Assembly: GCF_003018255.1 (NCBI RefSeq)
Contig: NZ_CP027440.1
Direction: 5' to 3' (one strand)
Source: Escherichia coli
GTDB taxonomy: Bacteria; Pseudomonadota; Gammaproteobacteria; Enterobacterales; Enterobacteriaceae
DNA: 64,000 nt
This document shows positions 21,226 to 33,236 of the stretch, in pieces. The position numbers and the translations under genes were made by a program. Each line of letters begins with the position of its first letter. Within the stretch, counting starts at the first letter, position 1. The notes under the pieces were generated by a model that was not told the origin of the DNA, made no database searches, and saw only the letters and a list, made by a program, of their open reading frames with translations.

Positions 21226-24200
21226 ATGACAGAACAACAAAAATTGACCTTTACGGCCTTGCAGCAGCGGCTGGATTCGCTGATGCTGCGCGACAGACTG
21301 CGTTTTTCTCGCCGTCTGCACGGCGTGAAGAAGGTTAAAAATCCTGATGCACAACAGGCCATTTTCCAGGAGATGGCGAAAGAGATTGACCATGCGGCAG
21401 GGAAAGTCCTGCTGCGTGAAGCGGCACGACCGGAAATCACTTATCCGGACAATTTGCCGGTTAGTCAGAAAAAGCAGGACATACTCGAAGCGATTCGTGA
21501 TCACCAGGTGGTGATCGTCGCCGGGGAAACCGGTTCCGGTAAAACGACTCAGCTACCGAAAATCTGTATGGAACTGGGGCGCGGGATTAAAGGGCTGATC
21601 GGTCATACCCAACCGCGTCGCCTGGCGGCACGAACGGTGGCGAACCGTATTGCGGAAGAGCTGAAAACGGAGCCGGGCGGTTGCATCGGTTACAAAGTGC
21701 GTTTCAGTGATCACGTTAGTGATAACACGATGGTCAAGCTGATGACCGACGGTATCCTGCTGGCGGAGATCCAGCAAGACCGCCTGCTGATGCAGTACGA
21801 CACTATCATTATTGACGAAGCGCACGAACGTAGCCTGAATATCGATTTTCTGCTCGGCTATTTGAAAGAGTTGCTACCGCGGCGTCCTGACCTAAAAATC
21901 ATTATCACTTCCGCGACTATCGACCCGGAACGCTTTTCGCGCCACTTTAATAATGCGCCGATTATCGAAGTCTCCGGTCGGACCTATCCGGTGGAAGTGC
22001 GCTATCGACCGATTGTTGAAGAAGCCGATGACACCGAGCGCGATCAGCTGCAGGCGATTTTTGACGCCGTAGACGAACTGAGTCAGGAAAGCTCCGGCGA
22101 CATTCTGATCTTTATGAGCGGTGAGCGGGAAATTCGCGATACCGCCGATGCGCTGAACAAGCTGAACTTACGCCATACCGAAATCTTGCCGCTTTATGCG
22201 CGGCTTTCGAACAGCGAACAGAACCGCGTGTTCCTGTCGCACAGTGGACGGCGCATTGTGCTGGCGACCAACGTCGCGGAAACGTCGCTGACCGTACCGG
22301 GTATTAAATACGTTATCGACCCAGGTACGGCGCGTATCAGCCGCTACAGCTATCGCACTAAAGTGCAGCGTTTGCCGATTGAGCCGATTTCTCAGGCGTC
22401 TGCCAATCAGCGTAAAGGCCGCTGTGGTCGTGTGTCCGAAGGGATCTGTATTCGTCTCTATTCCGAAGACGATTTCCTCTCGCGCCCGGAGTTTACCGAT
22501 CCGGAGATTCTGCGTACTAACCTGGCCTCGGTTATTTTGCAGATGACCGCGCTGGGGTTGGGCGATATCGCCGCGTTCCCATTTGTCGAAGCACCGGATA
22601 AACGTAATATCCAGGATGGCGTGCGTCTGCTCGAAGAGCTGGGCGCGATCACCACTGATGAACAGGCCAGCGCCTATAAACTGACGCCGCTCGGTCGCCA
22701 GCTTTCGCAATTGCCTGTCGATCCTCGTCTGGCGCGTATGGTGCTGGAAGCGCAAAAACATGGCTGCGTGCGTGAGGCGATGATTATCACGTCCGCGCTC
22801 TCCATTCAGGATCCGCGCGAGCGTCCGATGGATAAACAGCAGGCATCAGACGAAAAACATCGCCGCTTCCACGACAAAGAATCCGACTTCCTCGCGTTTG
22901 TAAATCTGTGGAATTATCTCGGCGAGCAGCAAAAGGCGCTTTCTTCTAACGCCTTCCGTCGCCTGTGTCGTACCGATTATCTCAACTATCTGCGCGTGCG
23001 CGAATGGCAGGATATCTACACCCAGTTGCGCCAGGTGGTGAAAGAACTTGGCATTCCGGTTAACAGCGAACCGGCGGAGTATCGCGAAATTCACATTGCG
23101 TTGCTGACGGGTTTGCTTTCCCATATCGGCATGAAAGATGCCGATAAACAAGAATATACCGGCGCACGTAACGCGCGTTTTTCCATCTTTCCCGGTTCTG
23201 GTTTATTCAAAAAGCCGCCGAAATGGGTAATGGTGGCGGAACTGGTAGAAACCAGCCGCCTGTGGGGGCGCATTGCTGCGCGTATCGACCCTGAATGGGT
23301 AGAACCCGTTGCTCAGCATTTGATTAAACGCACCTACAGCGAACCGCACTGGGAACGGGCGCAGGGCGCGGTGATGGCAACGGAAAAAGTCACTGTTTAT
23401 GGTTTGCCGATTGTTGCTGCGCGTAAGGTCAACTACAGCCAGATCGATCCGGCGTTATGTCGTGAACTCTTTATTCGCCACGCTCTGGTGGAAGGTGACT
23501 GGCAGACGCGTCACGCATTCTTCCGTGAAAACCTGAAACTGCGGGCCGAAGTGGAAGAGCTGGAACACAAATCACGTCGCCGCGATATTCTGGTTGATGA
23601 CGAAACGCTGTTTGAGTTCTACGACCAGCGCATCAGCCACGATGTAATCTCCGCTCGTCACTTCGATAGCTGGTGGAAAAAAGTCAGCCGCGAAACGCCT
23701 GATTTGCTCAACTTTGAAAAGAGCATGTTGATCAAAGAAGGGGCGGAAAAAATCAGCAAGCTGGATTATCCGAACTTCTGGCATCAGGGCAATCTCAAGC
23801 TGCGTTTGAGCTATCAGTTTGAGCCAGGCGCGGACGCGGACGGTGTGACCGTGCATATTCCGCTGCCGCTGCTTAATCAGGTAGAAGAGAGCGGGTTTGA
23901 ATGGCAAATCCCCGGTCTGCGCCGCGAACTGGTGATTGCTCTGATTAAATCGTTGCCGAAACCAGTACGCCGTAATTTTGTGCCCGCGCCAAACTACGCC
24001 GAAGCGTTTCTAGGCCGCGTCACACCGTTGGAATTGTCGTTGCTCGACAGTCTTGAACGAGAGCTACGGCGGATGACTGGCGTCACCGTTGACCGCGAAG
24101 ACTGGCACTGGGATCAGGTGCCCGATCACCTGAAAATCACCTTCCGTGTGGTGGATGACAAAAACAAGAAGCTAAAAGAAGGGCGCTCATTACAGGATCT

Positions 24201-25128
24201 GAAAGATGCTCTGAAAGGCAAAGTGCAGGAAACGCTGTCTGCGGTGGCGGATGACGGTATCGAGCAGAGCGGCTTACATATCTGGAGCTTTGGGCAACTG
24301 CCGGAAAGCTACGAACAGAAGCGTGGCAACTACAAAGTGAAGGCGTGGCCAGCGTTGGTGGATGAGCGCGACAGCGTGGCGATCAAACTGTTTGATAACC
24401 CGCTGGAACAAAAGCAAGCGATGTGGAACGGTCTTCGTCGTTTACTGCTGCTGAATATTCCATCGCCGATCAAGTATTTGCATGAAAAGTTACCGAACAA
24501 AGCCAAGCTGGGGCTGTACTTTAACCCGTATGGCAAAGTGCTGGAGCTGATCGACGACTGTATCTCCTGCGGGGTGGATCAACTGATCGACGCCAATGGA
24601 GGCCCGGTCTGGACGGAAGAAGGCTTTGCTGCGCTGCATGAGAAAGTCCGCGCTGAACTGAACGATACGGTGGTGGATATTGCGAAGCAGGTCGAGCAAA
24701 TCCTTACGGCAGTGTTCAATATCAACAAACGCCTGAAAGGGCGGGTGGATATGACTATGGCGCTGGGGCTTTCTGACATCAAAGCGCAGATGGGCGGGCT
24801 GGTGTATCGCGGTTTTGTCACTGGTAACGGTTTTAAACGGCTGGGCGACACGCTGCGTTATTTGCAGGCGATTGAAAAACGACTGGAAAAACTGGCGGTT
24901 GATCCGCATCGTGACCGTGCTCAGATGCTGAAAGTCGAAAATGTCCAGCAGGCGTGGCAGCAATGGATCAACAAACTGCCGCCCGCACGTCGTGAGGATG
25001 AAGACGTGAAAGAGATCCGTTGGATGATAGAAGAGTTGCGCGTTAGTTACTTCGCTCAACAACTTGGTACGCCTTATCCGATTTCAGATAAGCGTATTTT
25101 GCAGGCGATGGAGCAGATTAGCGGTTAA
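21226..25128 (+). CDS. hrpA: ATP-dependent DEAH-box RNA helicase HrpA (1300 aa)
   Basis: Walker A GETGSGKTTQ, DEAH motif (IIIDEAHERS), 1300 aa. Confidence 0.93.
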   Translation: MTEQQKLTFTALQQRLDSLMLRDRLRFSRRLHGVKKVKNPDAQQAIFQEMAKEIDHAAGKVLLREAARPEITYPDNLPVSQKKQDILEAIRDHQVVIVAGETGSGKTTQLPKICMELGRGIKGLIGHTQPRRLAARTVANRIAEELKTEPGGCIGYKVRFSDHVSDNTMVKLMTDGILLAEIQQDRLLMQYDTIIIDEAHERSLNIDFLLGYLKELLPRRPDLKIIITSATIDPERFSRHFNNAPIIEVSGRTYPVEVRYRPIVEEADDTERDQLQAIFDAVDELSQESSGDILIFMSGEREIRDTADALNKLNLRHTEILPLYARLSNSEQNRVFLSHSGRRIVLATNVAETSLTVPGIKYVIDPGTARISRYSYRTKVQRLPIEPISQASANQRKGRCGRVSEGICIRLYSEDDFLSRPEFTDPEILRTNLASVILQMTALGLGDIAAFPFVEAPDKRNIQDGVRLLEELGAITTDEQASAYKLTPLGRQLSQLPVDPRLARMVLEAQKHGCVREAMIITSALSIQDPRERPMDKQQASDEKHRRFHDKESDFLAFVNLWNYLGEQQKALSSNAFRRLCRTDYLNYLRVREWQDIYTQLRQVVKELGIPVNSEPAEYREIHIALLTGLLSHIGMKDADKQEYTGARNARFSIFPGSGLFKKPPKWVMVAELVETSRLWGRIAARIDPEWVEPVAQHLIKRTYSEPHWERAQGAVMATEKVTVYGLPIVAARKVNYSQIDPALCRELFIRHALVEGDWQTRHAFFRENLKLRAEVEELEHKSRRRDILVDDETLFEFYDQRISHDVISARHFDSWWKKVSRETPDLLNFEKSMLIKEGAEKISKLDYPNFWHQGNLKLRLSYQFEPGADADGVTVHIPLPLLNQVEESGFEWQIPGLRRELVIALIKSLPKPVRRNFVPAPNYAEAFLGRVTPLELSLLDSLERELRRMTGVTVDREDWHWDQVPDHLKITFRVVDDKNKKLKEGRSLQDLKDALKGKVQETLSAVADDGIEQSGLHIWSFGQLPESYEQKRGNYKVKAWPALVDERDSVAIKLFDNPLEQKQAMWNGLRRLLLLNIPSPIKYLHEKLPNKAKLGLYFNPYGKVLELIDDCISCGVDQLIDANGGPVWTEEGFAALHEKVRAELNDTVVDIAKQVEQILTAVFNINKRLKGRVDMTMALGLSDIKAQMGGLVYRGFVTGNGFKRLGDTLRYLQAIEKRLEKLAVDPHRDRAQMLKVENVQQAWQQWINKLPPARREDEDVKEIRWMIEELRVSYFAQQLGTPYPISDKRILQAMEQISG

Positions 25129-25153
25129 CACTGCTATTTGCCTGATAAATCTA

Positions 25154-25186
25154 AAACCCGGTAAGCATTTAGCGCCGGGTTTTTTA
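25154..25186 (+). terminator. Rho-independent terminator after hrpA
   Basis: Hairpin AACCCGG...CCGGGTT followed by TTTTTT. Confidence 0.55.
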
Positions 25187-25399
25187 TTAATTCTAAAACG
25201 GTAAGGGCAAAAATTCAGGAATTCAGAAAAATACAATTCTCAGCTGCAAGATGAATAATGTTTATCTACAGCATTTCCTTAAAAGATATGTCAGGCTTGC
25301 GGAGTGGCGGTTAAGGAAATAGGACTTCCTCCTTTCAGAGTGCTCCGCTTCTCACTATTATCTCACGCAGTATTCTTAAGGGAACGATAAGGAGGAACC

Positions 25400-26200
25400 A
25401 TGAACATTACCCCGTTTCCGACGCTTTCGCCGGCAACCATAGATGCCATAAATGTTATCGGTCAGTGGCTGGCGCAGGATGATTTCTCCGGTGAGATGCC
25501 GTATCAGGCCGATTGCGTGATCCTTGCAGGCAATGCGGTTATGCCGACTATCGACGCGGCATGTAAGATTGCCCGCGATCAGCAAATTCCTTTACTGATC
25601 AGTGGTGGTATCGGTCACTCGACAACTTTTTTGTATAGCGCCATCGCACAGCATCCGCACTACAACACTATCCGCACCACTGGCAGAGCAGAAGCGACCA
25701 TCCTGGCGGATATCGCTCATCAGTTCTGGCACATTCCGCATGAAAAAATCTGGATTGAAGACCAGTCAACAAACTGCGGTGAAAACGCACGCTTTAGCAT
25801 CGCGCTATTGAATCAGGCCGTAGAACGAGTTCATACGGCTATCGTTGTTCAGGACCCCACCATGCAGCGGCGCACGATGGCGACGTTCCGCCGTATGACT
25901 GGGGACAATCCCGATGCACCACGCTGGTTAAGTTATCCCGGATTCGTTCCTCAGTTAGGAAATAACGCAGACAGTGTAATCTTTGTTAATCCGTTGCAAG
26001 GATTATGGCCGGTTGAGCGTTATCTCTCACTACTCACTGGCGAGCTGCCACGTTTACGCGATGATAGCGATGGCTACGGTCCACGCGGGCGAGATTTTAT
26101 CGTTCACGTTGATTTTCCGGCAGAAGTCATCCAGGCATGGCAAACGCTGAAACACGATGCGGTGCTCATCGAGGCGATGGAAAGTCGCTCGTTACGTTAA
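25400..26200 (+). CDS. ydcF: DUF218-family protein YdcF (266 aa)
   Basis: Size and position between hrpA and aldA; RBS AGGAGG upstream. Confidence 0.8.
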   Translation: MNITPFPTLSPATIDAINVIGQWLAQDDFSGEMPYQADCVILAGNAVMPTIDAACKIARDQQIPLLISGGIGHSTTFLYSAIAQHPHYNTIRTTGRAEATILADIAHQFWHIPHEKIWIEDQSTNCGENARFSIALLNQAVERVHTAIVVQDPTMQRRTMATFRRMTGDNPDAPRWLSYPGFVPQLGNNADSVIFVNPLQGLWPVERYLSLLTGELPRLRDDSDGYGPRGRDFIVHVDFPAEVIQAWQTLKHDAVLIEAMESRSLR

Positions 26201-26396
26201 AAATTGCCCGTTTGTGAACCACTTGTTTGCAAACGGGCATAACTCCTGCCTTTTATTTCTGCCTCTTATTCCTTTTATACTTGTTTTTATGAAGCCCTTC
26301 ACAGAATTGTCCTTTCATGATGCCGTCTCTATGATGATTGATGTTAATTAACAATGCATTTACCAAAAACAAACATATAAATCACAGGAGTCGCTC

Positions 26397-27836
26397 ATGT
26401 CAGTACCCGTTCAACATCCTATGTATATTGATGGACAGTTTGTTACCTGGCGTGGAGACGCATGGATTGATGTGGTAAACCCTGCTACAGAGGCTGTCAT
26501 TTCCCGCATTCCCGATGGTCAGGCCGAGGATGCCCGTAAGGCAATCGATGCAGCAGAACGTGCACAACCAGAATGGGAAGCGTTGCCTGCTATTGAACGC
26601 GCCAGTTGGTTGCGCAAAATCTCCGCCGGGATCCGCGAACGCGCCAGTGAAATCAGTACGCTGATTGTTGAAGAAGGGGGTAAGATCCAGCAGCTGGCTG
26701 AAGTCGAAGTGGCTTTTACTGCGGACTATATCGATTACATGGCGGAGTGGGCACGGCGTTATGAAGGCGAGATTATTCAAAGCGATCGTCCAGGAGAAAA
26801 TATTCTTCTGTTTAAACGTGCGCTTGGCGTGACTACCGGCATTCTGCCGTGGAACTTCCCGTTCTTCCTCATTGCCCGCAAAATGGCTCCCGCTCTTTTG
26901 ACCGGTAATACCATCGTCATTAAACCCAGTGAATTTACGCCAAACAATGCGATTGCATTCGCCAAAATTGTCGATGAAATAGGCCTTCCGCGCGGCGTGT
27001 TTAACCTTGTTCTGGGGCGTGGTGAAACCGTTGGGCAAGAACTGGCGGGTAACCCAAAGGTCGCAATGGTCAGTATGACAGGCAGCGTCTCTGCAGGTGA
27101 AAAGATTATGGCGACTGCGGCGAAAAACATCACCAAAGTGTGCCTGGAATTGGGGGGTAAAGCACCGGCTATCGTAATGGACGATGCCGATCTTGAACTG
27201 GCAGTCAAAGCCATCGTTGATTCACGCGTCATTAATAGTGGGCAAGTGTGTAACTGTGCAGAACGTGTTTATGTACAGAAAGGCATTTATGATCAGTTTG
27301 TCAATCGGCTGGGTGAAGCGATGCAGGCGGTTCAATTTGGTAACCCCGCTGAACGCAACGACATTGCGATGGGGCCGTTGATTAACGCCGCGGCGCTGGA
27401 AAGGGTCGAGCAAAAAGTGGCGCGCGCAGTAGAAGAAGGGGCGAGAGTGGCGTTGGGTGGCAAAGCGGTAGAGGGGAAAGGATATTATTATCCGCCGACA
27501 TTGCTGCTGGATGTTCGCCAGGAAATGTCGATTATGCATGAGGAAACCTTTGGCCCGGTTCTGCCGGTGGTCGCATTTGACACGCTGGAAGAGGCTATCT
27601 CAATGGCGAATGATAGTGATTACGGCCTGACCTCATCAATCTATACCCAAAATCTGAACGTCGCGATGAAAGCCATTAAAGGGCTGAAGTTTGGTGAAAC
27701 TTACATCAACCGTGAAAACTTCGAAGCTATGCAAGGATTCCACGCCGGATGGCGTAAATCTGGTATTGGCGGCGCAGATGGCAAACATGGCTTGCATGAA
27801 TATCTGCAGACCCAGGTGGTTTATTTACAGTCTTAA
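26397..27836 (+). CDS. aldA: Lactaldehyde dehydrogenase (479 aa)
   Basis: MSVPVQHPMYIDGQFVTW...; aldehyde dehydrogenase catalytic Cys region (NSGQVCNCAERVYV). Confidence 0.92.
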   Translation: MSVPVQHPMYIDGQFVTWRGDAWIDVVNPATEAVISRIPDGQAEDARKAIDAAERAQPEWEALPAIERASWLRKISAGIRERASEISTLIVEEGGKIQQLAEVEVAFTADYIDYMAEWARRYEGEIIQSDRPGENILLFKRALGVTTGILPWNFPFFLIARKMAPALLTGNTIVIKPSEFTPNNAIAFAKIVDEIGLPRGVFNLVLGRGETVGQELAGNPKVAMVSMTGSVSAGEKIMATAAKNITKVCLELGGKAPAIVMDDADLELAVKAIVDSRVINSGQVCNCAERVYVQKGIYDQFVNRLGEAMQAVQFGNPAERNDIAMGPLINAAALERVEQKVARAVEEGARVALGGKAVEGKGYYYPPTLLLDVRQEMSIMHEETFGPVLPVVAFDTLEEAISMANDSDYGLTSSIYTQNLNVAMKAIKGLKFGETYINRENFEAMQGFHAGWRKSGIGGADGKHGLHEYLQTQVVYLQS

Positions 27837-27844
27837 TGAGTGGA

Positions 27845-27872
27845 AGAGGCGGAGGTTTTTCCTCCGCCTGTG
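27845..27872. terminator. Bidirectional rho-independent terminator between convergent aldA and gapC
   Basis: Hairpin AGGCGGAGG-TTTTT-CCTCCGCCT. Confidence 0.6.
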
Positions 27873-27876
27873 TGCG

Positions 27877-28878
27877 TCAGAGTTTAGCGAATTTTTCGAG
27901 GGTGCGAATGAGTTGTGTGACGAAGCCATATTCGTTATCGTACCAGGCGACCGTTTTCACCAGTTGTAAATCGCCCACGGCGGTAATTTCCGTTTGCGTG
28001 GCATCAAACACCGACCCGAAATGGCTGCCAATGATATCGGAAGAGACTATTTCTTCATCGGTATAACCAAATGACTCGTTATTGGTGGTTGCTTGTTTAA
28101 GTGCGTTATTCACCTCTTCGGCAGTCACTTTTTTTGCGAGAATGGACACCAGCTCAGTGACCGAACCTGTTTTCACCGGCACGCGTTGCGCATGACCTTT
28201 CAGTTTGCCGCTCAGTTCCGGGATCACCAGACCAATGGCTTTTGCCGCACCTGTAGTGTGGGGAATGATATTTTCTGCCGCTGCGCGTGAAGCTCGTAAA
28301 TCCTTCCCACGCGGACCATCCACCAGTGACTGGGTGCCGGTATAGGCATGAATGGTCGTCATCGTGCCGACTTCTATCCCGAAACTGTCATGCAAGGCTT
28401 TGGCCATCGGCGCAAGGCAGTTAGTGGTGCATGACGCCACGGAAACAATGGTGTCGTTGCCATCCAGAGTGTCGTCATTGACGTTATAAACGATAGTTTT
28501 CATTTCACCGGCAGGGGCGGAAATCAACACCTTCTTCGCACCAGCATCAAGGTGCGCCTGCGATTTCTCTGCGGAGGTATAAAAGCCAGTACATTCGACA
28601 ATGATTTCTGCGCCTTTCGCTTTCCATGGAATATTTTTAGCCTCTTTTTCGGCGTAAACCGCGATACTTTTTCCATCAACGATAAGTGAATCTTCCGTAA
28701 AATCAACGCTCCAGGGGAACGGTCCGTAGTTTGAATCATGTTTCAGCAGGTAGGCGAGAATTTTTGGGGAAGTGAGATCATTAATAGCGACAACGTCTAT
28801 GTTGCTTTTGACTTCAAGTAATCGACGCAACACCAGTCGACCGATACGACCAAAACCATTAATACCAACTTTACTCAT
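27877..28878 (-). CDS. gapC: Glyceraldehyde-3-phosphate dehydrogenase C, apparently intact (333 aa)
   Basis: [21 protein letters not shown]... with the catalytic SCTTNC motif; one uninterrupted 333-aa ORF. Confidence 0.88.
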   Translation of the reverse strand: MSKVGINGFGRIGRLVLRRLLEVKSNIDVVAINDLTSPKILAYLLKHDSNYGPFPWSVDFTEDSLIVDGKSIAVYAEKEAKNIPWKAKGAEIIVECTGFYTSAEKSQAHLDAGAKKVLISAPAGEMKTIVYNVNDDTLDGNDTIVSVASCTTNCLAPMAKALHDSFGIEVGTMTTIHAYTGTQSLVDGPRGKDLRASRAAAENIIPHTTGAAKAIGLVIPELSGKLKGHAQRVPVKTGSVTELVSILAKKVTAEEVNNALKQATTNNESFGYTDEEIVSSDIIGSHFGSVFDATQTEITAVGDLQLVKTVAWYDNEYGFVTQLIRTLEKFAKL

Positions 28879-29066
28879 GGTCTTCTCCTGTCAGGAACGT
28901 TCGGATGAAAATTGATCCTTTCCAGGCTTAGACCAGGATGGCGGGATGGGCAATCTACATTCTTGCAGTGAAACGTAACGTACTGAAAACGGGTGAACAA
29001 TATTTAATGAAATTTTAAGAAAAGCCCGTTATGTTAACGGCAAATTATGTTAAAGCAGGAAATGTT

Positions 29067-29597
29067 ATGGGAAATAAATACTCAAGGTTACAAATCAGCA
29101 TTCACTGGCTGGTCTTTTTGCTGGTTATCGTAGCGTATTGCGCAATGGAGTTTCGTGGTTTCTTCCCACGTAGCGATCGGCCCCTCATCAACATGATTCA
29201 TGTTTCCTGTGGCATCTCAATTCTCGTACTGATGGTGGTTCGTCTTTTGTTAAGACTGAAATACCCAACCCCGCCGATTATACCTAAGCCAAAACCGATG
29301 ATGACGGGACTGGCGCATTTGGGCCATTTGGTGATTTATCTCCTGTTTATTGCGCTGCCAGTGATTGGTTTGGTGATGATGTATAACCGGGGTAACCCGT
29401 GGTTTGCGTTTGGTATGACGATGCCTTATGCATCAGAGGCCAATTTCGAACGGGTTGATAGCTTAAAGTCGTGGCATGAAACGCTGGCGAATCTGGGATA
29501 TTTTGTCATCGGGTTGCACGCTGCGGCTGCACTGGCACACCACTATTTCTGGAAGGACAACACACTTCTACGCATGATGCCGCGTAAACGTTCCTGA
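29067..29597 (+). CDS. cybB: Cytochrome b561 (176 aa)
   Basis: From internal Met: MGNKYSRLQISIHWLVFLLV...; membrane haem protein. Confidence 0.88.
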   Translation: MGNKYSRLQISIHWLVFLLVIVAYCAMEFRGFFPRSDRPLINMIHVSCGISILVLMVVRLLLRLKYPTPPIIPKPKPMMTGLAHLGHLVIYLLFIALPVIGLVMMYNRGNPWFAFGMTMPYASEANFERVDSLKSWHETLANLGYFVIGLHAAAALAHHYFWKDNTLLRMMPRKRS

Positions 29598-29607
29598 AGG
29601 ATATTTA

Positions 29608-29671
29608 AAGAAAACGCCTGTACTAAAACCGACCCGTGGTACAGGCGAAGAATACGGGTCTACATCGGAAG
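29608..29671 (-). ncRNA. rydC: RydC small RNA (about 64 nt)
   Basis: Minus-strand sequence CTTCCGATGTAGACCCGTATTCTTCGCCTGTACCACGGGTCGGTTTTAGTACAGGCGTTTTCTT matches remembered RydC; cybB-ydcA intergenic position as in K-12. Confidence 0.8.
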
Positions 29672-29841
29672 CGCCTATTATATTTATTTGTATGACAAAT
29701 AAAACCATAATCCTTGCCCATACGTCCATCTGGCTTATTTTTAATCAATTCACCCGATCTTTGATCTCATCAACGGTATCAAAATAAACCAGCGTATAAC
29801 GTTAAAATCGAACATAAGATTCGATAAATCATGGAGGTTAT

Positions 29842-30015
29842 ATGAAAAAACTGGCACTTATCTTGGTTATAGGAACGCTTGTTTCCTTTTATGCCGATGC
29901 CGGGCGCAAACCCTGTTCTGGTTCGAAAGGGGGGATCTCACACTGTACGGCAGGCGGCAAATTTGTTTGTAATGATGGTTCTATTAGTGCATCGAAAAAA
30001 ACATGCATTAACTGA
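29842..30015 (+). CDS. ydcA: Small secreted/lipoprotein-like protein YdcA (57 aa)
   Basis: [20 protein letters not shown] signal peptide; RBS GGAGG upstream. Confidence 0.75.
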   Translation: MKKLALILVIGTLVSFYADAGRKPCSGSKGGISHCTAGGKFVCNDGSISASKKTCIN

Positions 30016-30086
30016 AGTGTAAAAGGGGTGCCATGAGAAAATGAATCTGCTAGTCAGATGCGCGGGGAAAATCCCCGCGCTTGCCC

Positions 30087-30294
<208 letters not shown>

Positions 30295-30634
30295 TCGTTG
30301 GCCTCGGTTGATAGAAATATCGGTCGGGGCCTTCGTCTTTCTGATTCCCGGTTAGCCTGAAAACAGAAAGTCTCAGGCACCCGCAGGCATCCTATGAGGT
30401 TTCCTTAGGGACGAAAATAATCACTTTACGAAATTGCGTGCTGTTTTCCAGAATTTTTCGTCATTCGGGTTAGCCAGTTTAGCCATTCGTTACTCTCTTC
30501 ATTCCAATAGCATTAATTTTCTCTGCAATAATTGTTGTAAAAATGTGACGCAAAGAGGTTTTTGGTCATAAGTAATTACCGTCAAGTGCCGATGACTTTC
30601 TATCAGGAGTAAACCTGGACGAGAGACAACGGTA

Positions 30635-32275
30635 ATGAATACAACTCCCTCACAGCGATTAGGTTTTTTGCATCACATCAGGCTGGTTCCGTTATTTGCC
30701 TGCATTCTTGGCGGTATCTTAGTTCTATTCGCATTAAGTTCTGCTCTGGCTGGCTATTTCCTCTGGCAGGCCGATCGCGATCAGCGTGATGTTACTGCGG
30801 AGATTGAGATTCGGACCGGGTTAGCGAACAGTTCAGATTTTTTGCGTTCAGCCCGGATCAATATGATTCAGGCCGGGGCAGCGAGTCGTATTGCGGAAAT
30901 GGAATCAATGAAGCGAAATATTGCGCAAGCCGAATCGGAGATTAAACAGTCGCAGCAAGGTTATCGTGCTTATCAGAATCGGTCGGTGAAAACACCTGCT
31001 GATGAAGCCCTCGACACTGAATTAAATCAACGCTTCCAGGCTTATATCACGGGTATGCAACCTATGTTGAAATATGCCAAAAATGGCATGTTTGAAGCGA
31101 TTATCAATCATGAAAGTGAGCAGATCCGACCGCTGGATAATGCTTATACCGATATTTTGAGCAAAGCCGTTAAGATACGTAGCACCAGAGCCAACCAACT
31201 GGCGGAACTGGCCCATCAGCGCACCCGCCTGGGTGGGATGTTCATGATTGGCGCGTTTGTGCTTGCCCTGGTCATGACGCTGATAACATTTATGGTGCTA
31301 CGTCGGATCGTCATTCGTCCACTGCAACATGCCGCACAACGGATTGAAAAAATCGCCAGTGGCGATCTGACGATGAATGATGAACCGGCGGGTCGTAATG
31401 AAATCGGTCGCTTAAGTCGTCATTTACAGCAAATGCAGCATTCACTGGGGATGACAGTAGGGACTGTTCGACAGGGTGCGGAAGAGATTTATCGTGGCAC
31501 CAGCGAAATTTCCGCTGGCAATGCGGACCTTTCATCTCGCACCGAAGAACAAGCGGCGGCAATCGAACAAACTGCCGCCAGCATGGAGCAACTCACTGCG
31601 ACGGTGAAACAGAATGCGGATAACGCGCATCATGCCAGCAAACTGGCGCAAGAGGCTTCTATTAAAGCCAGCGATGGCGGGCAGACGGTTTCCGGTGTAG
31701 TAAAAACGATGGGCGCTATCTCCACGAGTTCGAAGAAAATTTCTGAGATCACCGCCGTCATCAACAGTATTGCTTTCCAGACGAATATTCTGGCACTGAA
31801 TGCTGCCGTTGAAGCCGCGCGAGCGGGTGAGCAAGGGCGTGGATTTGCCGTTGTCGCCAGCGAAGTACGGACACTCGCAAGCCGCAGCGCTCAGGCGGCG
31901 AAAGAGATTGAAGGCTTGATCAGTGAATCAGTCAGGTTAATTGACCTGGGATCGGATGAGGTGGCCACGGCCGGGAAAACCATGAGCACTATTGTTGATG
32001 CCGTCGCGAGTGTCACACATATCATGCAGGAAATTGCCGCCGCCTCGGATGAGCAAAGTAGGGGTATAACGCAGGTTAGCCAGGCGATATCTGAAATGGA
32101 TAAGGTGACGCAACAGAATGCTTCTCTGGTAGAAGAGGCCTCAGCAGCGGCAGTGTCCCTTGAAGAACAGGCGGCACGATTAACTGAGGCGGTGGACGTA
32201 TTCCGTCTGAACAAACATTCTGTGTCGGCAGAACCTCGCGGAGCTGGTGAACCAGTTAGTTTCGCTACAGTGTGA
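30635..32275 (+). CDS. trg: Methyl-accepting chemotaxis protein III, ribose/galactose transducer (546 aa)
   Basis: Two TM segments, HAMP domain and conserved MCP signalling domain ([29 protein letters not shown]). Confidence 0.92.
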   Translation: MNTTPSQRLGFLHHIRLVPLFACILGGILVLFALSSALAGYFLWQADRDQRDVTAEIEIRTGLANSSDFLRSARINMIQAGAASRIAEMESMKRNIAQAESEIKQSQQGYRAYQNRSVKTPADEALDTELNQRFQAYITGMQPMLKYAKNGMFEAIINHESEQIRPLDNAYTDILSKAVKIRSTRANQLAELAHQRTRLGGMFMIGAFVLALVMTLITFMVLRRIVIRPLQHAAQRIEKIASGDLTMNDEPAGRNEIGRLSRHLQQMQHSLGMTVGTVRQGAEEIYRGTSEISAGNADLSSRTEEQAAAIEQTAASMEQLTATVKQNADNAHHASKLAQEASIKASDGGQTVSGVVKTMGAISTSSKKISEITAVINSIAFQTNILALNAAVEAARAGEQGRGFAVVASEVRTLASRSAQAAKEIEGLISESVRLIDLGSDEVATAGKTMSTIVDAVASVTHIMQEIAAASDEQSRGITQVSQAISEMDKVTQQNASLVEEASAAAVSLEEQAARLTEAVDVFRLNKHSVSAEPRGAGEPVSFATV

Positions 32276-32312
32276 AAATGTTAAAGGAGGGATCGACAGA
32301 TCCCTTCACCTT

Positions 32313-33236
32313 TCAGAACGGCATTGATTTTCGAATAGCGTTAATCATCAACTGGCAACCAGAAGAGAACGTCGCATCTACGCGGGTCAGTATTCCAATC
32401 GGTTCGCCTGCACCATGACCCGGAACAGGCAGGGCCACCAGCGTGGCATGACGCAGGTCGTCTTTTACAGCGCCAGAAGGGACAAACCACACGTAATCGT
32501 ATTCAACCGTAAGTTGACGAGATAGCGAAGCAGACAGCGTTTCGATACAACCCGAAGGAATTTTACATCCCTGGCTCTGCACTAATGCATCTGAATGCTG
32601 GCGTGGCGCAGTGCCTTCTGGTGATACAACGACCGGCCATTCCAGCACCCGGCTTAGCGTTACGTTCTCCTGAAGTAGCGGATGATTAGGGCGGACAACC
32701 AGCTTCAGCGATTCAAGAAACAGCAGTTCGTAATTAAGTCCGGTCATCAGTTCAGGATCTGACATCCGACCAATGCCGATATCGATTTCCCCGGTTTTTA
32801 AACCCGCAAGAATCATAGGGTTACTCATTGTCGCAACTTGCAAGGTCGTCTCTTTTTGTTGCTGATGAAACTGACCTATAACCGAAGGTAATATCCCCAG
32901 TGCCGCAGTCGGTAGTGCACCAACCCTGACGACATCATTATTAAGACCTTCTTTACGATGAAGCGACTGTCCAGCAGTGTTGATGGCGTCAAGCACTCTG
33001 ACTGCATGCGTTAAAAATTGTTCGCCGGGTAAGGTAAGTTGCGCCCCCTGACGACCACGCTCAAACAAGCGAGCGCCCGTCAGCTGCTCCAGTTCATTCA
33101 ATGTCTTAGAGAGCGCAGGTTGACTCAAATTAAGGGTTTCAGCCGCGCGCCCCAAAGTTCCTTGTTGTGCGACAGCTACGAATGTATGAAGGTGGCGCAA
33201 ACGGATGCGCTGACTAAACAGACTATTTTTTTCCAT
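32313..33236 (-). CDS. ydcI: LysR-family transcriptional regulator (307 aa)
   Basis: From internal Met: MEKNSLFSQRIRLRHLHTFVAVAQQGTLGRAAETLNLSQPALSKTLNELE (LysR HTH). Confidence 0.85.
   Translation of the reverse strand: MEKNSLFSQRIRLRHLHTFVAVAQQGTLGRAAETLNLSQPALSKTLNELEQLTGARLFERGRQGAQLTLPGEQFLTHAVRVLDAINTAGQSLHRKEGLNNDVVRVGALPTAALGILPSVIGQFHQQQKETTLQVATMSNPMILAGLKTGEIDIGIGRMSDPELMTGLNYELLFLESLKLVVRPNHPLLQENVTLSRVLEWPVVVSPEGTAPRQHSDALVQSQGCKIPSGCIETLSASLSRQLTVEYDYVWFVPSGAVKDDLRHATLVALPVPGHGAGEPIGILTRVDATFSSGCQLMINAIRKSMPF

Noticed and set aside
22168-25062. Several minus-strand ORFs of 65-197 aa inside hrpA
   Set aside because: Antisense to the intact 1300-aa hrpA ORF; Arg-rich shadow frames.
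30060-30080. Hairpin CGCGGGGAAAATCCCCGCG as a terminator between ydcA and hokB
   Set aside because: Strong stem but no adjacent U-tract on either strand, so not confidently an intrinsic terminator; it may be part of hok mRNA fold-back structure.
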